Positions 1 to 6,773 of a stretch of 12,283 nucleotides of DNA are shown here, in pieces. The translations under genes and the position numbers were made by a program. The notes beneath the pieces were generated by a model. It was given only the letters and a program-made list of their open reading frames with translations, was not told the origin of the DNA and did not search any database. Source of the DNA: an uncultured Candidatus Bathyarchaeia archaeon (lineage in GTDB: Archaea > Thermoproteota > Bathyarchaeia > TCS64); the NCBI GenBank assembly GCA_964513225.1, contig CAZEMD010000008.1, positions 7,180-19,462 of the forward strand, given 5' to 3'. Each line of letters begins with the position of its first letter. The stretch's first letter is position 1.

Positions 1-548
1 TGCCGCCCATGGTGCTTGACATGGCCACCTCGGTGTGGGCGAGGGGCAAGATCATGGTGCACCTGGCCAGGGGGGAGCCGCTGCCGGAAGGCGTCTTCAT
101 GGACCCCGACGGGAACCCCACCACGGACCCTGGCTGGTACACCAAGGGCGGCGCCCTCCGCACCCTGGGGGGCGACATAGCGGGCTACAAGGGGCTCGGG
201 CTCAGCCTGCTGGTGGAGATGCTCACCGGGGCCATGACGGAGGGCGGCGTCTCCAACAGCGAGGAGTACCGGTCGAGGCCGTTCTACGGCGGGAACGGGA
301 TATTCATGATGGCGATAGACGTGGGGCAGGTCACGGAGCTAGAAGCGTTCAAGAGACGCGTGGACGGCCTCCTCAGGTCGGTGAGGTACTCGCCGGCGGC
401 GCCGGGGTACGACGAGGTGCTGATACCCGGGGAGCCGGAGAGGCTGAAGAAAGGGAAACGGCTTAGAGAGGGAATATTCGTTGAGGACAAAACCTGGGGA
501 GATCTCACGGCTCTGGCAGAAGAGCTAGGCGTTAAACCCCCGGTTTAA
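1..548 (+). CDS. Ldh_2-type (malate/L-lactate/sulfolactate dehydrogenase family) oxidoreductase, C-terminal part; 5' end lies outside the window
   Basis: The frame is open from nt 3 (PPMVLDMATS...), so the ATG at 9 is probably internal. The blocks LDMATS..ARGKI, DPDGNPTTDP and GGD.AGYKGLGLSLLVEMLTG match the conserved C-terminal half of the Ldh_2 family as I recall it. Stop TAA at 546-548. Confidence 0.75.
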   Translation, partial: PPMVLDMATSVWARGKIMVHLARGEPLPEGVFMDPDGNPTTDPGWYTKGGALRTLGGDIAGYKGLGLSLLVEMLTGAMTEGGVSNSEEYRSRPFYGGNGIFMMAIDVGQVTELEAFKRRVDGLLRSVRYSPAAPGYDEVLIPGEPERLKKGKRLREGIFVEDKTWGDLTALAEELGVKPPV

Positions 549-564
549 CCTCATTTACAAGCTG

Positions 565-597
565 ATCTCTTTTAATTTTTGGCGCAGCGGAAGGATT
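565..597 (-). repeat. Repeat A: partial copy of the tRNA-Ser(CGA) 3' end plus 16-nt flank (att-like site)
   Basis: Bases 580-594 (tggcgcagcggaagg) match 10221-10235 of the intact tRNA gene 15/15. Bases 565-579 (atctcttttaattttt) are shared with repeat B. Confidence 0.7.
568..580 (+). terminator. Oligo-T tracts (tcttttaattttt) about 20 nt after the Ldh_2 stop; archaeal-type terminator candidate
   Basis: Two T runs lie directly downstream of the stop codon, and archaeal RNA polymerase terminates at oligo-T. The same bases belong to att-like repeat A, so the role is ambiguous. Confidence 0.3.
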
Positions 598-806
598 TTG
601 ATGTGGATATGACCCATGAAAAAGTACTAGGAGACCATTATCCCATTACCTATCGGGAGATGTTCTTCAGGGCAGCTTGCCATAATATAAACTAGCATGG
701 AAGGATATCGATACTGAGAAGGTCCTGTCTACCTCGTCGCGGGTGGTAGCGCGCAGGCTCCTATGGAAAAACGCTTGGAAGCTAAGGCATCCAAGTGGTA
801 TCCGCA

Positions 807-1883
807 TCAGTTCCGCAAGCCGCTTAACGCATTCCTCTCCATCCTCTTAAGTTTTCTCTCCCACAACTCCCCCTTCACGCCCCTATACGGCTCACCCCTC
901 TTCAACATATAGAAGATGATCCGCGCCATCTCATGAGCCACCGTCGCCACAGCACTCTTCCCACCCTTCCTCCCCGCATGCCTCTCGTAGAGCCGCCTCA
1001 TCCGGGGATCATACCGACTAGCCGTGTGGGCGCACTGCACCAGGAGCCACCGCATCCTCCTGTTCCCAAGCCCACCAATGCCACCAACCCAGGTCTTCTC
1101 ACCGGACTGCCACACCCTCGGAGTCAGTCCCATCCAGCTGCAGAACTGCTTCTCCCCGGTGAACCTGTCAATCGTGACTATCTCCGCCAGGATCAACATC
1201 GCAGCGAAGTAATCCACGCCGGTCATGGTCATCAATAGCCGTACCTTGGGGTCATCCACGGCGAGGGCTGCCAGCTTCTTCTCCACGAAGCCGATCTGCT
1301 CACCCAGGGTCTCCAGCAGTGCGAGGTCGCTGCACAGGATGGCGTCGTCCATGAAGCCGAGGCTCAGACCCCTCATCCATTTCACGGCCTTCTTGCTGAA
1401 CTTGGATGGGTAGGGCACCCGGAGGCCATGCTTGTCGAAGAGGGCGTGGATCCGGTTCCTCACCTGGGTCCGGTTCTTCACCAGCCTCAGCCGGTGGCGT
1501 AGGATCTCCCGTCGGCTCCTCTCCTCAGCATTTGGAACGTAGCAGATGGAGAGGACGTCCGCCCGGTGCAGCCGGGCCAGGGCCCTGGCGTCGGTTTTAT
1601 CGGTCTTCACCCGGGACTCGGAGATGAGGCGGCTGTTAGCCGGGCTGGAGAGGGCTACGGGGATGCCGTGATCCTCGAGCCTGTCGTGGATCTGGATCCA
1701 CAGGTTCCCTGTGGACTCAAGTACAGCCTGTACCTCGCCCCGGATGGTGGTTAGACTCTGAGCGAACTCCTCTATGCCCTCCGGGGTGTTCATGAACCGT
1801 TTCTCCTCAAGCAGCTCACCGTCCTCGTCTAGGATGGCTGCCTGACACATCTTTTTATGGACGTCTATTCCCACATACTTCAC
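807..1883 (-). CDS. IS110-family (DEDD / Transposase_20) transposase
   Basis: N-terminal YVGIDVHKK...ESTG and C-terminal GVDYFAAMLILAEI..DRF....FCSWMGLTPRVWQSGEK...GNRRMRWLLVQCAHTA are hallmarks of the family. The longest ORF runs to 1997. However, GGAGGTG (complement of 1890-1896) lies 8 nt upstream of the GTG at 1883-1881, giving the usual (M)KYVGIDV N-terminus, so I place the start at 1883. Confidence 0.9.
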   Translation of the reverse strand: MKYVGIDVHKKMCQAAILDEDGELLEEKRFMNTPEGIEEFAQSLTTIRGEVQAVLESTGNLWIQIHDRLEDHGIPVALSSPANSRLISESRVKTDKTDARALARLHRADVLSICYVPNAEERSRREILRHRLRLVKNRTQVRNRIHALFDKHGLRVPYPSKFSKKAVKWMRGLSLGFMDDAILCSDLALLETLGEQIGFVEKKLAALAVDDPKVRLLMTMTGVDYFAAMLILAEIVTIDRFTGEKQFCSWMGLTPRVWQSGEKTWVGGIGGLGNRRMRWLLVQCAHTASRYDPRMRRLYERHAGRKGGKSAVATVAHEMARIIFYMLKRGEPYRGVKGELWERKLKRMERNALSGLRN

Positions 1884-2061
1884 GGGTGTCACCTCCTGGG
1901 TGGCTTGCGGGCGGCACGCTCCTATGGGGTCTCTTGGGACCAGTCGGGTAGCCGCTCGGATTCGGCCCAGTCTGATTGGGGGTCTCGTACGGACCAAGCC
2001 CGCGCGGGGCCTAAGCCACCCGTGACACCCTCATCGCTTCCCCGGAAAACGTTTTTCCATA
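1884..2061 (-). ncRNA. Structured IS110 leader; candidate bridge RNA and/or translational control element
   Basis: An 18-bp inverted repeat pairs gggtgtcac (1884-1892) plus gggtggctt (1898-1906) with aagccacccgtgacaccc (2013-2030). It closes a domain of about 105 nt (1907-2012). The 5-nt bulge (ctcct, i.e. AGGAG in the RNA) is the Shine-Dalgarno sequence. Inside are two GGTC-N6/7-GACC hairpin repeats (1926-1945, 1978-1998). Confidence 0.4.
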
Positions 2062-2069
2062 CCTGTCTG

Positions 2070-3180
2070 ATTAAATAATTCAGGTTTATTGGGAGAGCCG
2101 TACTCCATCATCTTGAGGTACAGATGAAGGGAGCAGGTTCTCCCAAGTTATTGTTCGAGAACCTGGATTTAACTCCCATCCAGCCCATCCTCTGGACAGG
2201 ACTACACGAGAAAGGCCCCGGAAGACCCGTCGAATACCAGCCCGAATGGGACCTCAAGGCGCTGATGCTCCGACAGCTCCTCCAGATACCCTACATGAAG
2301 GACCTCGCCAAACGCCTGAAAAGAAACCCCCACCTCAGACACGCCTGCGGCTACAGGGACAAGGCCCCCACAGAAGCCCACTTCTCCCAGATGAAGAAGC
2401 GCATCGGCATCGAGGGCTTCCGCATCATCGAGGCCTGGCTCCGAGGACAGGCCCTCAAACATCGAAGATCCCAGCCACTCTCGGCAGCGGGCCTCGTCCA
2501 GGCCGCGTGCATGGACGGCACAGACATACCCGTCTGGAGCAGGGACCCCCACGACACAGGCCGAGGCCTCGGAGACCCCGACGCCCGTGTAGGCCGCGGC
2601 AAGAAGGGGTTCAGCCTCGGATACCAGAGCCTCTTCCTCGTGGACATCGAGGGATTCCCGCTGGGCCACGTGGAGGCGCCTCTGAACGTGAACGAGAAAC
2701 AGCTCGTAGGCAGCCTCCTGGACAGGGTGCTGGGGGAGAGCATCGAGGTGGAGCTTGTGGCCGGGGACAGCCAGTTCGAGTCTCCGCAGATCTTCGAGCT
2801 CCTAGAGGGGCTGAGGATAGGCCACGTCATCCCGTGGAGACGTATGAGGCGCAGGGTCAACCCGCCCAGCGTGCTTTCAGTGAAGGATCGTATCGACGTG
2901 GAGGGCCCTGAGCACCTCAGGTGCGCCTATCATCGGTTGAGGGCTCCGGCTGAGGGCTTGATCGGCAGGGTGAAGGGCAGGCTGGCTCTTCAACGGCTGA
3001 CCTGGCAGGGCCTGGAGAACGTCTGCATCCACGTGTGTCTGGTGTTGATGGTGGCTTACGTTGTCTGCATTGCAGCGCACCGTCTGGGTCGGCCTGAGCT
3101 GAGGCAGAGCGTGGCCTTCTTCGCGTGAGTGGTTGGGCTGGGGGTGGTCTGGGGTGGTTAGAGGCTGGTGTTAATCGGTT
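2070..3180 (+). mobile_element. IS4/IS5-superfamily insertion sequence, boundaries unresolved
   Basis: It contains one DDE transposase ORF. Only a weak candidate terminal inverted repeat was found: ctgattaa (2067-2074) / ttaatcgg (3171-3178), 7/8. Confidence 0.4.
2124..3128 (+). CDS. DDE transposase, IS4/IS5 superfamily (DUF772-like N-terminus + DDE_Tnp_1-like core)
   Basis: The N-terminus (GRPVEY..WDLKALMLRQLL.IPYMKDLAKRL..NPHLRHACGY....PTEAHFSQMKKRIG) is typical of the transposase N-terminal domain. Acidic triad candidates are MDGTDIP, LVAGDSQFES and YHRLRAPAEGLIGRVKG. Confidence 0.85.
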   Translation: MKGAGSPKLLFENLDLTPIQPILWTGLHEKGPGRPVEYQPEWDLKALMLRQLLQIPYMKDLAKRLKRNPHLRHACGYRDKAPTEAHFSQMKKRIGIEGFRIIEAWLRGQALKHRRSQPLSAAGLVQAACMDGTDIPVWSRDPHDTGRGLGDPDARVGRGKKGFSLGYQSLFLVDIEGFPLGHVEAPLNVNEKQLVGSLLDRVLGESIEVELVAGDSQFESPQIFELLEGLRIGHVIPWRRMRRRVNPPSVLSVKDRIDVEGPEHLRCAYHRLRAPAEGLIGRVKGRLALQRLTWQGLENVCIHVCLVLMVAYVVCIAAHRLGRPELRQSVAFFA

Positions 3181-3501
3181 GACTATGAAGACTGGTTCAT
3201 AGGTGTCTGTGGGATCCTTGTCCAAGCTCTGATGGTGTTCATGGTTTGACGCTGGCGCGTGTAACACTCGGTAGTTTCTTACAGTAATAAAAGACAGTCT
3301 ACCTTGAGGAGCGTGGATTCACCGTAAGTGCATTAACGTCAAAGATGATGGGCTTGTGGATTTCTCGGCTCCTCCCGAATACTTAGAGGCAGTGAGAGAG
3401 CAAAATCCTCTACTAGACAGAATGTGGTCAGCTTGACGAACCATTTTTTTGGTGTCTTAAAATATGTATTTTATACGCGATGTTGAAAAGATAGAATCGA
3501 G

Positions 3502-3759
3502 TCATCGTCTCTCTAGATAAACTTCCTTGTTTCTCACGGAGACCTCAATGGAGTCGATCCCTTTCGCCTTGAGGATTTTAACCAGCTGTCCTCTGAGGTA
3601 GTTGGCTTCGAGTTCTGTGCCTTCGACACGTACCATGTTGTTCCCGGAGTCCTGGAAGGCGACTATGATGGGCTTGTACTTGTTTCCCCGTTTACTGGCT
3701 CTCGTTTTCCTTTGAGGCTTCTCGTCTACTGGCTAGATGTTGAAGCTTGCATCAGACAT
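3502..3759 (-). pseudogene. Small ORF of unknown function interrupted by an in-frame TAG (MSDASFNI*PVDEKPQRKTRASKRGNKYKPIIVAFQDSGNNMVRVEGTELEANYLRGQLVKILKAKGIDSIEVSVRNKEVYLERR)
   Basis: Hand translation of the minus strand: ATG at 3759, TAG at 3735-3733, then 76 sense codons to TGA at 3504-3502. It is absent from the ORF track because of the stop. The amino-acid composition looks protein-like, not like a GC shadow frame. Confidence 0.3.
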
Positions 3760-4010
3760 CCTATGTTTTAAGTCGATTGTGTGTAAAACTTTTTCGAAGC
3801 CTAGGATTTGTGTGCTTTCCTATCGCTGCTGAAGCATTTTCATCGAAAGAATTTTAATGATTAGAATTTATTATTACTACCTTAAGAAAAAATTTTAGAA
3901 AAAAATAAATATATATTTTATTATAAAACATAATGTGGGTCTGTGTGACAAAAACATCAATTTATTCTATAAAAAAAATCAGAAATTTAACTTTATAGGT
4001 GCTCTGTCTT

Positions 4011-4763
4011 ATGAAGTTGAATTTTAATAATCATAATCATCTAGTTGTTTGTTTACAAAAAGTATTAAATTTAACTTCAGTTGAATCTGAAATTTATTTT
4101 TATTTATTAAGAACGGGCGGTATAAATGCATCAAAATTATCATTATATTTTGATAGAAATAGAGTCGAAATTTACAGAACATTAAAAAGACTGGAAAAAA
4201 TGGGGTTATTAATTAAAACTACATCTAACCCTTCTTTTTATTATCCAATAATTCCTAAACATATAATAAATGATAAGATTAATATGTATTCAACTATTAT
4301 AAACGATTTAAAGTTATTAAAAAAAATAACTATATATGAAGTTAATAATGAATCTTCAAAAATAAACTTATGGAAATTAGAAAGTAAAAGCTTTTTTTTA
4401 AAATATGTGAATAAAATCATCATTAATGCATCTAAGGAAATAATAATAAAATTATCAGAAAATAGGTTGAATTTTTTATATAATACGATATTAAATAATG
4501 TTAATATAAATAAAAATTTTTTATATATTACAGTTCATTCAACCAATAGATTTATTTATCCTGATTTGAATATTTATAATTTAAAAGTTGTAAATAAAGA
4601 TATAGATTTACTCTTTATTAGAGTTGATAATAAAAAATGCATATTAAAATTGTACGATAATAAATATATTAATAGTTTTTTCTATGGTGAATGTAATAAT
4701 TCATGCGATATATTAAATTTCATAATAGATATTATGGAAGAGAAATATGATGAACGAAATTAG
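4011..4763 (+). CDS. TrmB-family winged-helix transcriptional regulator
   Basis: The N-terminus LTSVESEIYFYLLRTGGINASKLSLYFDRNRVEIYRTLKRLEKMGLLIKTTSNPSFYYPIIP matches the TrmB wHTH pattern (L...E..vY..Ll..g..ta.el......r..vY..L..L...Gl......p..y..i.P). The ORF can also start at the GTG at 3999. Composition is extremely AT-rich (N/K/I/Y-rich protein). Confidence 0.75.
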   Translation: MKLNFNNHNHLVVCLQKVLNLTSVESEIYFYLLRTGGINASKLSLYFDRNRVEIYRTLKRLEKMGLLIKTTSNPSFYYPIIPKHIINDKINMYSTIINDLKLLKKITIYEVNNESSKINLWKLESKSFFLKYVNKIIINASKEIIIKLSENRLNFLYNTILNNVNINKNFLYITVHSTNRFIYPDLNIYNLKVVNKDIDLLFIRVDNKKCILKLYDNKYINSFFYGECNNSCDILNFIIDIMEEKYDERN

Positions 4764-4808
4764 TATAAAAATTATTCTATATTATAATTATTTATACGAT
4801 AACGTTTA

Positions 4809-5129
4809 ATGAAGAAGATTTTATTAAAAAATTTTATGGAATTTAGTATAAATAATATATTACAATATTTTAATTTAAGTATTAATTTAAAAATACCAAG
4901 CATAATATGGAATGAATCTAAAAAATATATTAAAAAATATAGATATTATACATCTCTTATTTCTGGTTTGTTAATAGGATTATTTGGGTTTCCTTGTACA
5001 GGTGGTTTGTAATTATCAATAATTGGAATATTATCGAATAATGAAACATATTCAAAAAGAATTTTTTTACTTTTATTGCATAATTTTTTTTATATTCCCA
5101 ATTATATTTCTATTATTAATAGTAAATAA
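4809..5129 (+). pseudogene. Decayed membrane-protein gene, possibly CcdA/DsbD-like thiol-disulfide transporter
   Basis: The 67-aa ORF ends inside a TM segment (...SLISGLLIGLFGFPCTGGL*). The same frame continues past TAA 5010-5012 as LSIIGILSNNETYSKRIFLLLLHNFFYIPNYISIINSK* (stop at 5127-5129). A further hydrophobic stretch, KIITSIIAIIIVCIY, follows. The membrane-embedded 'PC' motif recalls CcdA/DsbD, but this is weak. Confidence 0.3.
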
Positions 5130-5254
5130 ATTTTAATTAAATAATTTCTCTATTGAAAGTTGGAATAATAAATATAGAAATAAATAAAAAATTATTACTA
5201 GTATAATTGCAATTATTATTGTATGTATATATTAATATTTAATAAACTTATATT

Positions 5255-5668
5255 TTAATTTACTGAACTATATATCATAATTCTCAATTTTTGTTCTAAA
5301 AAAAATGTAGAAAATAATAATCCTATGCTACATGCAGTGGATATTATATTTAATCCCATTAAGACATATAAACCAATTGTTGTCATCATTATTAATCCAA
5401 CTAGGATAGCACCTACAAAAAAACATCTTATATAAGGTTGTTTAATTTTTTTATAATTTATAATTAACTTCCTTACTGAGGGATCTTTTTTATATTCATG
5501 ATTAATATGAATAAAATTTAATGTAAATGTTAGAATAAAAATAGGAATAGTTATAACCATTATTTTTATTAAATTTAAAGATATTTTAAAATATAGTTCT
5601 TTTATAAATAATTGTACCGCTATTAAAAAAATTGAAATACAAAATTGTACAGACATTAATCTTTTCAA
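5255..5668 (-). CDS. Small integral membrane protein (about 4 predicted TM helices), unknown function
   Basis: Hydrophobic stretches: SVQFCISIFLIAVQLFI, IKIMVITIPIFILTFTLNFI, CFFVGAILVGLIMMTTIGLYVLMGL and IISTACSIGLLFSTFFL. It lies 37 nt downstream of, and co-oriented with, the Cys-rich protein gene. Confidence 0.65.
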   Translation of the reverse strand: MKRLMSVQFCISIFLIAVQLFIKELYFKISLNLIKIMVITIPIFILTFTLNFIHINHEYKKDPSVRKLIINYKKIKQPYIRCFFVGAILVGLIMMTTIGLYVLMGLNIISTACSIGLLFSTFFLEQKLRIMIYSSVN

Positions 5669-5705
5669 TTACGTTCATATATAAGAAAAAAAAGAGGTAT
5701 ATAAG

Positions 5706-6467
5706 CTAATCGCAGTTTTCGTATGGGTCACAGACGCAAGGAGGATAAGAACTGCATCCTGGTACAGACCCACATTCGCCTTCACACCAGCAAATAGAAA
5801 GTTCGTTACATATAGAATATCCTGCAGCCATGCATCCGATGTATGCAGCCCAGTACATCGGTGGATAGTAAGACGCTATTGCTGTCGCAAAACCTGCACA
5901 ACTAACATGAGACGCGATCTCACAAATCCACATGAAAGCTTCATGACAATCCCGTGTTTGGAATTGTGGCATTAATACAGTGACGATAGTGACTTCATCA
6001 GAAAACATTAGTAGTTCTTCCTTCCATGGGTCGGTAACTGTTTCTCTAGAACGAATCTTACCTATTACACCGAGGTCTCCTGTTCCAAACGATGCAAAAA
6101 TTTCTCCTATAAAAACTGAACTGCAGTTACATTTTGGTAAAAACGGTATTTTTACAAATGTAACTTCTAGAAGTCCAGTATCGGTATTAAATTGAATTAC
6201 TTCGACTGTAGCACTTTTTACATCAGCGAAAAGTCCCCTTGACTCTAGTCTTTCTTCGAGTAACTTATATTGGGTTTGTTTAAGTAGAAATTTAATGGCA
6301 TCTTTTTGTACTTTTTCCTTTATTATGATTCCTTTTGTTGGTTCAGGTAAATTGGGTTCGTCTGAACAGCCACAATCTGCGATTACCATTTTTGAAGGAA
6401 TAAATGTGCTTATTATTATAAGCGCAATCATTCCCAGAACTTTTACCCTTTTATTTATGCTTCTCAA
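5706..6467 (-). CDS. Secreted/membrane-anchored protein with a hydrophobic, 12-cysteine C-terminal domain (candidate archaeocin/toxin precursor)
   Basis: N-terminal signal-like segment: MRSINKRVKVLGMIALIIISTFIPSKMVIA/DCGC. The C-terminal 81 aa (nt 5709-5951) are DCHEAFMWICEIASHVSCAGFATAIASYYPPMYWAAYIGCMAAGYSICNELSICWCEGECGSVPGCSSYPPCVCDPYENCD. There are 16 Cys in total. GC content sits between the host and the AT-rich block. Confidence 0.7.
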   Translation of the reverse strand: MRSINKRVKVLGMIALIIISTFIPSKMVIADCGCSDEPNLPEPTKGIIIKEKVQKDAIKFLLKQTQYKLLEERLESRGLFADVKSATVEVIQFNTDTGLLEVTFVKIPFLPKCNCSSVFIGEIFASFGTGDLGVIGKIRSRETVTDPWKEELLMFSDEVTIVTVLMPQFQTRDCHEAFMWICEIASHVSCAGFATAIASYYPPMYWAAYIGCMAAGYSICNELSICWCEGECGSVPGCSSYPPCVCDPYENCD

Positions 6468-6485
6468 TTGGACCCAATATGACTC

Positions 6486-6498
6486 ACATTTATAACAT
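6486..6498 (-). promoter_or_regulatory. TATA-box candidate (minus strand TTATAAAT) about 25 nt upstream of the Cys-rich protein start
   Basis: Plus-strand atttataac at 6488-6496. The spacing to the ATG at 6467 fits a leaderless or short-leader archaeal transcript. The AT-rich context makes this weak. Confidence 0.3.
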
Positions 6499-6773
6499 TA
6501 AAAAAATTTGAAACATTGATTTGAAAATCCTTGTTGCAGTTTTAATGGGAGACTACGAGTGGGAACTGAATAACTAAATGAACTAGAAAAAATTAGCTGG
6601 CCTCAAATAGGGAATGTTCACAGGGATACTATCGGTTAACTATTAATCTAGGACAAAATAGGAAAGTTGCTTATGTGCTTGTGTGTTTGCCCTGAGTAAA
6701 TATCTGGCACACGAGGAGAATTTCTGTATAATGTAGTATTGGTGTTATTTTCGTCAAAAAATCAATATTACGT

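Larger units (their letters stand above)
754..2069 (-). mobile_element. IS110-family insertion sequence (about 1.3 kb)
   Basis: A perfect 12-bp inverted repeat, tatggaaaaacg (762-773) / cgtttttccata (2050-2061), extends imperfectly to 20 bp (16/20; 754-773 vs 2050-2069). It flanks a DEDD-type transposase ORF. The layout of about 178 nt of non-coding leader and about 45 nt of trailer fits the IS110 subgroup. Confidence 0.75.

Noticed and set aside
3129-3160. G-rich tandem gtggttgggctgggggtggtctggggtggtta just after the DDE transposase stop, as a possible G-quadruplex or IS end.
   Set aside because: It has only about two and a half imperfect units and three G3+ runs. No matching inverted copy exists at the other IS end. 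It cannot be distinguished from chance in GC-rich DNA.
2067-3178. Terminal inverted repeats for the IS4/IS5-type element: ctgattaa at 2067-2074 vs ttaatcgg at 3171-3178.
   Set aside because: A 7/8 match is not significant in this window, so the element boundaries are left unresolved.
3733-3735. The in-frame TAG in the small ORF as a pyrrolysine codon.
   Set aside because: There is no Pyl machinery or methylamine methyltransferase context in view. Ordinary genes in the window use TAG as a stop (HNH and M20). Pseudogenisation is the simpler explanation.
3961-4010. TATA-box calls upstream of the TrmB-like gene and other genes inside the AT-rich block.
   Set aside because: In DNA this AT-rich, TATA-like strings occur every few bases, so no specific call can be supported.
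4747-4753. Box C/D sRNA candidates: ATGATGA at 4747-4753 and near-C boxes gatgatt/gatgacg at 8005-8018.
   Set aside because: No correctly spaced CTGA D box or terminal stem was found. The first lies at the end of the TrmB-like CDS, and the second is part of repeat C.
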